A stretch of 63,153 bases of DNA, the filler included, from Thraustochytrium aureum (taxonomy: Eukaryota): NCBI GenBank assembly GCA_012862495.1. It is 3 parts of 3 records of this genome, joined end to end, with 100 filler letters (N's around TTAATTAATTAA, not from the genome) between each part and the next. Parts side by side here need not be neighbours in the genome. Positions count along the whole stretch, not along the records: positions 19,381 to 49,819 come from BLSG01000145.1; positions 49,920 to 63,153 come from BLSG01000146.1; 1 more part is not named here. One strand, written 5' to 3'. This document shows positions 45,401-54,338 of the stretch, piece after piece. A model generated the notes under the pieces. It saw nothing but the letters and a program-made list of their open reading frames with translations. It was not told where the DNA came from and did not search any database. Every line of letters begins with the position of its first letter. The first letter of the stretch is position 1. Made by a program: the position numbers and the translations under genes.

Positions 45401-46027
45401 AATGCGTTGGCCTTCTCTCTCAACGGAGACCGTATCGTTTCGGGTGCCGCCGATGTCGGGCAGTTGGACAACACGGTGCGTATCTGGGACGTCAGGACCG
45501 GGCAGGAGCTCCAGCGACTCGACGGGCACACCGATTGGGTCTCCACCGTGGCCTTCTCGCGCGACGGGCACCACGTCGTTTCGAAGAGTCGGCGCGGGAG
45601 CGTACGGGTTTGGGATGCCATGACCGGGGAGCAAGTCCGTCGGCTCGAGGCGCCCAGAGAGAGCGCTGTGGCCTTGTCTCGCGCTGGGGACCGCTTTTTT
45701 ACCAGGGCGCCATCTGGTTGCGGGCCGGTTTCGCCAGTGACTACGAGCGAGCTGTTGGAGGGCTTGGACGCAAGTGCGATTTTCGCCCAAGAGAGCATGC
45801 AAATGGTATCGCTGACGAACAGCAAGATGACGGTCTCGGTCTCGGTCTCGGTCGCCGGCGACGGCGAAGGGGAGGCGCGTTCAGCGGGTTTTACGTGCGA
45901 ATCTGCTGTCTCGAATAGTGCGGCGGCAGCGGACGCGTCGGCCGTGGCTGTGTTCGACAGGTCGTATCAGCTGTGCGTGCTGGAGCGGATACCGCGGGGA
46001 AAGAGCAAACTCTACCATGAGGCCTGA
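42461..46027 (+). CDS. NLR-like STAND protein: putative TIR-like N-terminus, NACHT (mostly in gap), winged helix, helical domain and WD40 array (NWD/HET-E-like); frameshift near 43440
   Basis: FPEGLDDMY, AVAREPLPL and FIHKSMSDFL (NACHT C-terminal/winged helix); LVFHL...LLDFAWL (APAF1-like helical domain); 8 visible 42-aa WD40 repeats. The P-loop is not visible because of the gap. Confidence 0.75.
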
Positions 46028-46539
46028 CTTCTCACGTTTTCTTTGCTTTCTGTTCGTCGTCTGTTTTCTCACGATTTCTTTGCTTTCTGTTCTTCGCCCG
46101 TTTGGTGGCTGTCCGATCGATGGAGCGCCTCGGGCACTCGGCTTGGTTAGTTTTTTGTTAAAATTAAATCGCCGCACCGTCTCAGGCTCGGCCTCTGGAG
46201 TTGGCAGGGCGAACCTCCAAGCGGCTGCCGGTCGACGACCCGACGACATTCGCTAATGATGGGGATTCGCCTCTCCCTGGGCTCCCCGCAGGTGGCCCCA
46301 ACGATGATCGGCCGCGGCTGGCCCCGAGCTGAGGCTTGCAAGCTTTGGAGCTTTGGATTGGGGCTGAAATCTCGGCATCTGTTCCGGTGGCGGCAAGGCG
46401 TTGGTGATTTTGGCCGCGAGATTGGAACCGTCGGTGTCGACACTCGGCCGCCTCGGCAGTTCACGCGGGCTGCAGTTCCCAGACAGTCACTACAATTTTA
46501 GTCTCGAGCCCTACTAGCTAGAGCTGGCTACGCTAGTCG

Positions 46540-47106
46540 CTACAAGCTTTTCGTCGAGGCTGTGGGGTCTTCTTCCGCTTGCACTGGAACCCCAAGCGAC
46601 TGTTGCATTTGCAGGTTGTGGTCTGCCAGCGCGACGGCAAGACAGAGCGCCTTTGTGAACGCCTTGCGCGCTCGCTCCAGCTGTCCGCGAGGGACGATGC
46701 CAAGCCAACGCTGCGCGAGAAGGTCGGCGGGGGAGACACCCGGCACTGCCGCCTCGGCCGTGGTTGAGCTCCCCGCTTTGCGGTTTCGAAGCGAGCTCGA
46801 CCCCGCCGACTCGGCCCCTTTGCTGCCAAGCCCGTCGATCTCGACGAGGCGCAGTCTGCTCACCGCGGGGTCGAGGCCCTGTTCAGAGCTGTGGTCCACG
46901 GCCACGCCTGCCAGGGCGCTCGCGGTTTCTGGAAAGCTCACGGTCGAGATGCCTGTCGTGGACGCAAATCCTCTAGAGAACTTGGCGCTCGAAAGGTTGA
47001 CCCAGCCGTCGCGCAGGGCGGCGGCGAGCGCCTCCTGCCGCTGGATCGTCTCGTTCACAGCGCGAAGCGCCTCAAGCGCCCGGTCAGAGTCGTCGCCTTT
47101 CGACAT
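46540..47106 (-). CDS. V-ATPase assembly factor Vma22/CCDC115-like
   Basis: LRDGWVNLSSAKF and RWLGIVPRGQLERARKAFTKAL match the two conserved blocks of the family; 188 aa. Confidence 0.7.
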   Translation of the reverse strand: MSKGDDSDRALEALRAVNETIQRQEALAAALRDGWVNLSSAKFSRGFASTTGISTVSFPETASALAGVAVDHSSEQGLDPAVSRLRLVEIDGLGSKGAESAGSSSLRNRKAGSSTTAEAAVPGVSPADLLAQRWLGIVPRGQLERARKAFTKALCLAVALADHNLQMQQSLGVPVQAEEDPTASTKSL

Positions 47107-47830
47107 CTCGTCAGCCAGCAGTGATCTTCGAAGCCCGAAAGTTTGTCGCAGGTCCGTGCGCGCTGGTGCATGCGATGCGGGGTTCTTGTCCTTGTTTCGC
47201 CCGCGCGCGCCCAGGCGCGAGCTTGTGTGCTTGCTCAGCGGGCAGAAGGCTTTCTGTGTCCGCTGGAAGTTGCGTACGTTCGTGCACTGTTCCCTCAACT
47301 TGANNNNNNNNNNNNNNNNNNNNNNNNNNNNNNNNNNNNNNNNNNNNNNNNNNNNNNNNNNNNNNNNNNNNNNNNNNNNNNNNNNNNNNNNNNNNNNNNN
47401 NNNNNNNNNNNNNNNNNNNNNNNNNNNNNNNNNNNNNNNNNNNNNNNNNNNNNNNNNNNNNNNNNNNNNNNNNNNNNNNNNNNNNNNNNNNNNNNNNNNN
47501 NNAAAGAATCGAGAGACCCCCCGATGACGAGATCTCGAGTGTCTTGCGCCCCTGCTTGAGCGAATTGCCGCCGCGGGCGACCGCATTCGTTTGGCGAGCT
47601 AGCATGTTGCCCCGGCGCGCCGCGCGGGCTTTTTCAACGTTGTCGTGCGGGAGCAAAATGCGCTCCAATGCCGATCGTGCAGGCTGAGGATTATTACAGT
47701 TCAATCAATCAATCAATCAAACGATTGCACAAGCGGGGCGTTCAAGTTGTGCGAAGTGACGTGCGAACTGTGGCGACGAGCAGCATGTATGAAAAAAGCA
47801 CAAGAAATTTATCTTTGAAAAATTGTTGGA

Positions 47831-49645
47831 TCAGAGCAGGTTCAGAAACTGTTTGAGGTCGCTGCTCGATTCATAGTTTGGCAGAGGCGGCGGGCCGCCG
47901 CTGCCGCCCCAGTTCAAGTTGCTGCTACCCATCTTGTTGAGCCGAGTGGCCGGGCCTGGCGCGGCGGCGCCCCCTCCAGTTGTGTCCGGCAGTCCGACGG
48001 GAAACAGCCCAAAGTCGCCACCGCCCAAACTGCCCCACGAGTTGTACTGCCGCAGCCCCTTGGTGGGCGGCCCTTCGATCGGGGGCGAGGCGAGAAAGTC
48101 GTCCCCAGGTGGTGGCATGGTGCTCTCCCCCAAGAGCTTGTCAAGCATGGCGAGATTGGAGGTCTCGGCGCGTTGCAAGCCCTTTTTCGGCTGTTGGTAG
48201 GGCGCCGCGCCGCCCTGCGGGTAGGACATGACCTCGTTGCCATCGGTGCGGAGAAAGTCGTGGAGAACGGTCTGGCTATTGGTGCGGCGCAAGCCCACGC
48301 CCATGTCGGTGCCGTACGTGCCTAGCGCGCTCGTGCTGCCGTTCCCGTCGAGGTTGTCCACGACACCAGCCATCCAAGACGAGCCGTACTTGCGATACAT
48401 GCCCTTCTTCGGCGCTTCGGCGCCGTGCTGCTGCTGCTGCGGATACTGCTGCTGGAACTGCTGCTGGGACGTGGACGGGTTGGCCGGAGCAGGTGCCGGC
48501 GGCGGCTGCGCCTGCGGGTAGTATGGTGGGGTCGCACCCCAGCCTTGTGAGGGGGGCGGGATGTCGGGTCCAAAGTCACGGTCGCCCCCCCCGCGCGTAA
48601 AGTCGACGGTGGGCGTGATAAAAGGCGAGGTGACCGGCGCCCGCGTTGGCCGCTGCCCTTGCTTTTGCGCGATGAGGTTCTCCTTCAAGACTTGCGCGCC
48701 GATGGGCTGGATCGGAGGCGGCGGCGGGTTGGGAGCCTGCAGAATGCCCTTGGCGAGCTGTTCTTCAATCTGCTGGACCTTGCGCACGATGTCGGGCTTG
48801 TGCTGCGTGAGAACTGCGAAGCGCTTCTTGAGCTGGCCGCGGCTGCGGCCGGGGAGCTGTTTGACGATCTTGCTCCAGTCGCGGCCGAAGACGACCGTTG
48901 CGTTGATGAGCGACGAGTCCTCCTCGCTGGTCCAGCCGCGGTTGCGGGCCTCTTGCCGCTGTAGGCTGTGGTAGCGGGTCTTGACGAGGTTTTCTGTGCG
49001 GCCTTCCATGTTCTTGGCGATTAGAGACCAGCGCCCACCGCACTGCGCGGCGAGCTCGAGGAGCCGGCGGTCCTCCTCGGGCGTCCAGGGGCCGCGGTTG
49101 ATTGCTGGGTCCAGGTTGAGGTACCAGCGCTCGCGGCATTGCTTTGCGTTGCGGCCTTCAATCTGCTGCGCTATGGCGGCCCAGTTGATGTTGTTGATAG
49201 ACCCCTTGGCCTGGTAGCTCTGGATCATGCTGAGCAGCGTGGAGTCTTCCTCCTTTGACCAGTGGCCCTTGATGAGGCCGGGCTTTAGCGCCTTTTTCCA
49301 CCGCTGCAAGCACTGTAGATGGTTTCTCCCGGGAATGTCCTTGGCGATCTCGCGCCAGTTCTTCTCCCCGTGCCTTTGCACGGCTTCGCGCAGGTTTTCG
49401 TCCTCTTCTGCGGACCACATTTTTGGGACGACGCCGGGCTTGCGCGCCCCGAGAAAGTTGACGCGTTGAAACTTGTTGTCGTACAGCGCCCCTGGTGTAT
49501 TGTCCACATACGCGCCGGCCGAGATCTGCCGTTTCGTCATCCGCCGTTGCGCGCCACTGCTTGGGGCCTCGCTCTCCGCTCCCACATCATTCAAACTCAG
49601 ACTATCCATCAGAATCCGTCCAGACTCCGCCATCGCTTCCGCCAT
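47831..49645 (-). CDS. Myb transcription factor with four tandem Myb repeats and a Pro/Gln-rich tail
   Basis: WSAEEDE..QCLQRW, WSKEED..QCRERW, WTPEED..GRTENLVKTRY and WTSEED..GRSRGQLKKRF. Confidence 0.92.
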   Translation of the reverse strand: MAEAMAESGRILMDSLSLNDVGAESEAPSSGAQRRMTKRQISAGAYVDNTPGALYDNKFQRVNFLGARKPGVVPKMWSAEEDENLREAVQRHGEKNWREIAKDIPGRNHLQCLQRWKKALKPGLIKGHWSKEEDSTLLSMIQSYQAKGSINNINWAAIAQQIEGRNAKQCRERWYLNLDPAINRGPWTPEEDRRLLELAAQCGGRWSLIAKNMEGRTENLVKTRYHSLQRQEARNRGWTSEEDSSLINATVVFGRDWSKIVKQLPGRSRGQLKKRFAVLTQHKPDIVRKVQQIEEQLAKGILQAPNPPPPPIQPIGAQVLKENLIAQKQGQRPTRAPVTSPFITPTVDFTRGGGDRDFGPDIPPPSQGWGATPPYYPQAQPPPAPAPANPSTSQQQFQQQYPQQQQHGAEAPKKGMYRKYGSSWMAGVVDNLDGNGSTSALGTYGTDMGVGLRRTNSQTVLHDFLRTDGNEVMSYPQGGAAPYQQPKKGLQRAETSNLAMLDKLLGESTMPPPGDDFLASPPIEGPPTKGLRQYNSWGSLGGGDFGLFPVGLPDTTGGGAAAPGPATRLNKMGSSNLNWGGSGGPPPLPNYESSSDLKQFLNLL

Positions 49646-49819
49646 TCTCCCGTCCGTCCTGCCGACCCGCCAGCCGCCGGGCCTCGCCACCACAGCCGCC
49701 TTTCCCGCCAACCCGCCGTCACTCGACCTCTCAAACAGTCTATCAATCAGTCAATCAACAAAACAAGACCAAAACAAGACAAACCACGCGCCCGGCGCTC
49801 CAGCCCTGCCCGCCCGCCT

Positions 49820-49919
49820 NNNNNNNNNNNNNNNNNNNNNNNNNNNNNNNNNNNNNNNNNNNNTTAATTAATTAANNNNNNNNNNNNNNNNNNNNNNNNN
49901 NNNNNNNNNNNNNNNNNNN
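49820..49919. other. artificial scaffold linker N44-TTAATTAATTAA-N44
   Basis: Six-frame stop 12-mer at 49864-49875. Confidence 0.97.
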
Positions 49920-50360
49920 GTTTGATGAGCCTGCCTGCTCTGTTGCGGTCACGGTGGTGTTTGTCCAGCGTGCGTGCACACATTTCACAAGTTCAAAGGT
50001 GCTGCTCTCCGCATGCCTTTTGGCCCAAATCGCTCTCACGCCGCGCTTCGATCAAGGTCGCGGTCACTGAATCCGCGTTGTGCTCTCCCATCGCAGCCAA
50101 GTGACTGTGCACAAGTTGGTTCATACAGGGGTTTGTGCACGCCATTTTGACTCGCGTGCGTCGTTCGACCTTTTCCCATCAAAATTGGTCGTCTCGGCGC
50201 TTGAGTGGGCGGCGGTGGGCTCGTCGGCAGTCAAGAGAATCCAAACACAACCGCAAGCCGTGGTGGTTGTTGCCGCGTCCCCCAGCGAAGCCTGCTGGGT
50301 TCGTGAGGCTTGAACGAATGATTGTTTTTTTTCAATCTTGATCAAGATCAAGAAAGGGGG

Positions 50361-50650
50361 ATGGATTCTGGATTGACTGCGACAAGCTCAGCAAGCCCAT
50401 CTCGGCGGCGGAGGCGCGCAAGTCGTGTGCAGGCCTACGGGGACTACCGACCCAACGATCGCAACTACGCGCTGAGGATCAGAGGCTCTACAAGATCATC
50501 GAGAACGCCGCGAAGGACGGGTGCGACAGCGTCGTCTTCGTCGCGCCCGAGTTCATCCTGGGCCGACCCGATTACCTGGCCAAACACCTGAAGGCGCGGC
50601 TGAGCAAGCTGGGCTACCGCGTGCGTGGAGCGGATTCAACTCTGTCCTAG
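50361..50650 (+). pseudogene. short frameshifted ORF resembling a small giant-virus protein family (DUF5759-like)
   Basis: The frame from 50369 reads WIDCDKLSKPISAAEARK...RLYKIIENAAKDGCDSVVFVAPEFILGRPDYLAKHLKARLSKLGYRV. It is absent from the ORF track; the family resemblance is from memory. Confidence 0.4.
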
Positions 50651-50699
50651 ACCGGTACGAGAGGCGCCCAGAGCGCGCCTCCAAGTGCCGGAATGACCA

Positions 50700-51741
50700 C
50701 GCGAAGGTACAATTGAAGAACCTGAATCTCTTGGGTTGCGCAGAAGAAGGCATAAGACCAACTCGGACTTCAACCTCCGCGACGGCATTTGCCACATTTG
50801 GACTACCAACTGCAAGAAGGACCGCCACGTCTACATCCCCGACGAGCACTACGAGCTGCGGTTTCCCATCGGCTCGACCGACGCGCAACGCCGGGCCTGA
50901 CGCAGGGACCGACCCAGGGCCCCACCAGTGGGCCGACACAAGGAACCCCAGCCAACCTCTTGTCCGTCAGTCCCCAGGGGCTCCCCACCCACCAGCGCAC
51001 CCGCCGCTGGGTCGGAGAGCCCCACCGCGGAGGCGTCGACCAATTGGGCCATGATTGGGGTGTCGGCTTCACGGCCTTGCTGGTTATCGGCGCGCTCGCT
51101 TACCTGCTGCTCAGGCGAAGACAGCCAGGCAGCGAGGTCACGGGCAAGAGTAAACCAACGAGAAAAAAGCCTAGTCGGTCGGTAATGGGATGAGCGACTC
51201 ACCCGAGACCACGACGGCGGCCCCGACGACCACCACCCCACGACGGCGGCGGCCTCCGGTACAGCCATTAGCGACAAGGACTCGACGCATAACTACGCCA
51301 TCACTGCAGGTCTGTGGCAAACACATTTTCAGTTCTCTCCTCCAGCAATCAAGTTGACGATGGTGGCGCCACCGTCCCTGCAGCAGACGAGCACACTGCC
51401 AAAACCGAGAAAGGGGACAGCGATGGCGGCACCGGCTCCAGTGCAGCACACTGCGGCACAGCCTGCGCAGGTTGCCGCCGCGCAGCCGGCGCAGCCCAGC
51501 GTGGCGCAACCCGCGGCCCAGCCGGAGTATGGCCCCTACAAGGACCCTAACTCGGCGATCATCGAGACCATTTGGTCTGCGGCGACGTTCATGAAAGTGT
51601 TGGGCTTCCTCTTCGTCCTCCTGGTGGTTTTGGGCGCCCCTTTCGGCTACCTCCTCGCGCACGGGTGCGTCCAAAGAAGGCGCGCCTGGATTCCTCGACG
51701 ACATGGGCGTGCCCGAGTGGGGCGAGAAGCGCGCAATGACC
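50700..51741 (+). pseudogene. cluster of short or fragmented Thr/Pro/Gln-rich single-pass membrane protein ORFs
   Basis: TQGPTQGPTSGPTQG plus TM GFTALLVIGALAYLLL (ends 51193); MSDSPETTTAAPTTTT from 51190; AAQPAQ repeats plus TM VLGFLFVLLVVLGAPFGYLL (51360-51741). Confidence 0.4.
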
Positions 51742-52516
51742 NNNNNNNNNNNNNNNNNNNNNNNNNNNNNNNNNNNNNNNNNNNNNNNNNNNNNNNNNNN
51801 NNNNNNNNNNNNNNNNNNNNNNNNNNNNNNNNNNNNNNNNNNNNNNNNNNNNNNNNNNNNNNNNNNNNNNNNNNNNNNNNNNNNNNNNNNNNNNNNNNNN
51901 NNNNNNNNNNNNNNNNNNNNNNNNNNNNNNNNNNNNNNNNNNNNNNNNNNNNNNNNNNNNNNNNNNNNNNNNNNNNNNNNNNNNNNNNNNNNNNNNNNNN
52001 NNNNNNNNNNNNNNNNNNNNNNNNNNNNNNNNNNNNNNNNNNNNNNNNNNNNNNNNNNNNNNNNNNNNNNNNNNNNNNNNNNNNNNNNNNNNNNNNNNNN
52101 NNNNNNNNNNNNNNNNNNNNNNNNNNNNNNNNNNNNNNNNNNNNNNNNNNNNNNNNNNNNNNNNNNNNNNNNNNNNNNNNNNNNNNNNNNNNNNNNNNNN
52201 NNNNNNNNNNNNNNNNNNNNNNNNNNNNNNNNNNNNNNNNNNNNNNNNNNNNNNNNNNNNNNNNNNNNNNNNNNNNNNNNNNNNNNNNNNNNNNNNNNNN
52301 NNNNNNNNNNNNNNNNNNNNNNNNNNNNNNNNNNNNNNNNNNNNNNNNNNNNNNNNNNNNNNNNNNNNNNNNNNNNNNNNNNNNNNNNNNNNNNNNNNNN
52401 NNNNNNNNNNNNNNNNNNNNNNNNNNNNNNNNNNNNNNNNNNNNNNNNNNNNNNNNNNNNNNNNNNNNNNNNNNNNNNNNNNNNNNNNNNNNNNNNNNNN
52501 NNNNNNNNNNNNNNTC

Positions 52517-54073
52517 GCCGACCTCGAGCCGGAAGATCTCCTTGAGGACACGGTGGGCGAGCTTGCACAGGCTCGCGCCGCGCCGGCGAGCTCCGCGGTC
52601 GGCTTTGAGGCCACCTTGCCCTTGCCGGCGGGCGACGACAAGCTGCCCTGGCCCTCTGTCGCGTTGCAGACGTTCTTCAACGCGCACGACTCGCTCATCT
52701 GCGTTGACGCGGCTAAGGAGGGCCGCGTTTTCGCGGCGGGATTCGATGACTCGGTCTGCCGGGTCTGGTACTACCCGAAGGAGCCCTCGCCGCTCTCCAC
52801 ACAAGTCGTCGACCCAAAGCTGGACGCGTCGCCCCCGCCGCCGACATCTGGCGCCTCGGCGCAGCAAGACACGGCGGCGTCCGCCGCTCCGGCCGTAGCG
52901 GCACCGGCCCCTGCGCAAGTTCAGTCTGCGGAAGACCCGGACCAAACGGCGACCGAGCCTATCTCAGAAGAGCTGTTTGGGCACGCTGGGCCGATCTACG
53001 CCTGCTCCGTGAGTCCGGACGGGGCGAGCATCTTGACAGCCTCGGAGGACGGCACTGTTCGGCTGTGGACATACTTTACTGGGCTCGACCGCGAGGTGCA
53101 AGTCGAGGCGGCGGCCGAGGCGGCGGCAAATGCAGCTGCCGACGACGACATGAACGCGCAAGCCAACAAGAAAAAAAGGCACAAGCGCCGCAAGTCTGTC
53201 GGGTCGCGGACAAAGCACCACCGCCTCACGGCCTGGCGCAACACTTTCGCGTTCAGGAGCAGGCCGGCCTGCCCAGTGTGGGACGTGCGATTCAGCCCAG
53301 TGGGCTACTACTTTGCCACGGGGAGCTACGACGGGATGGCCAGGCTGTGGAGTCTGGAGCACCCAGAACCGCTTCGCCTGTTCCACGGCCACCTCGCCGA
53401 CGTTGATTGTGTTGTGTGGCACCCGAACTGCCAGTACCTTGCATCTGGGTCCGCCGACAAGACGATTCGTGTGTGGGACATCCTCGCCGGGAAATGTGTC
53501 AGGCTTTTCACGGGCCACACCTCGGGGATCAACTGCCTTGCTTGGGCTTCGTCAGGGCGTTACCTTGTCTCCGGGGGCCAGGACGCCCTTGTTGGGGTTT
53601 GGGACTTCGCCGCGGGAACGCGGCTGATGATGGTCGAAGATCACCTCCAATCTATCCACACTATTGCTGTGTCGCCCAGCAACGACTATTTCGTGACGGG
53701 CTCTGCGGACGGCTCTGTGCGCGTATTCGACACGGAGCGCATCTGGGGTCGGAAGAGCGTGGCTCACTACGTCGCCGTCCACGGGCACGATCAGCACAGC
53801 GCTCTCTACGCAGGCGCTGCAGACGCCGCAGACGCGGAAAGTGGCGAAGACGGAGCTCCTGCGATCACAACGCCGACAGCGGCGGCGCTCGCTGTCGAGT
53901 CGAGCCGCAAAGGGGCCAAGGCGCTGCACATCCCCAAGGCGCTGCTTGCTGCACCACAGCATCGAACCTTCCCGACAAAGTACACGCCGATCCACTTTGT
54001 TCAGTTCCTGAACGAGCGCCTGGTCCTGGCGAGCGGAGGTTTTGCACTCCCGGTGATGAACTCGGGCGCGTGA
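52517..54073 (+). CDS. TAF5: TFIID subunit 5, C-terminal WD40 region (5' end in gap)
   Basis: GHAGPIY..SEDGTVRLW, PVWDVRFSPVGYYFATGS, LRLFHGHLADVDCV.WHPNCQYLASGSADKT.R.WD, CVRLFTGH and FPTKYTPI. Confidence 0.9.
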   Translation, partial: ADLEPEDLLEDTVGELAQARAAPASSAVGFEATLPLPAGDDKLPWPSVALQTFFNAHDSLICVDAAKEGRVFAAGFDDSVCRVWYYPKEPSPLSTQVVDPKLDASPPPPTSGASAQQDTAASAAPAVAAPAPAQVQSAEDPDQTATEPISEELFGHAGPIYACSVSPDGASILTASEDGTVRLWTYFTGLDREVQVEAAAEAAANAAADDDMNAQANKKKRHKRRKSVGSRTKHHRLTAWRNTFAFRSRPACPVWDVRFSPVGYYFATGSYDGMARLWSLEHPEPLRLFHGHLADVDCVVWHPNCQYLASGSADKTIRVWDILAGKCVRLFTGHTSGINCLAWASSGRYLVSGGQDALVGVWDFAAGTRLMMVEDHLQSIHTIAVSPSNDYFVTGSADGSVRVFDTERIWGRKSVAHYVAVHGHDQHSALYAGAADAADAESGEDGAPAITTPTAAALAVESSRKGAKALHIPKALLAAPQHRTFPTKYTPIHFVQFLNERLVLASGGFALPVMNSGA

Positions 54074-54338
54074 TCTGCCGCAGACCTGATGGGTGGTAGG
54101 GGGCCGGGAAGGGGCACGAAACCAAGCGCGATTTCGTACGGTGGCGATAGCGCATGCGTTGACGCAGCCGAACGCCTGGCGCCTCTGTCTCTTGTTGAGC
54201 TCCCGATCTGACATGGTTTCCCACAACTCGCAGCCTAGCCGTGCTGGTCGATAAGAGACGCACCAAAAAGCGCGCAACACGGTCAATCAAACATCATTTT
54301 CTTGCCATCTCTGCTGCATGTTGGTGAAGGTTGGCGCG

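Noticed and set aside
21811..46027. LRR-NEL and NACHT-WD40 as one co-regulated defence locus
   Set aside because: Separated by 18 kb containing housekeeping genes and several gaps; proximity alone is not evidence.
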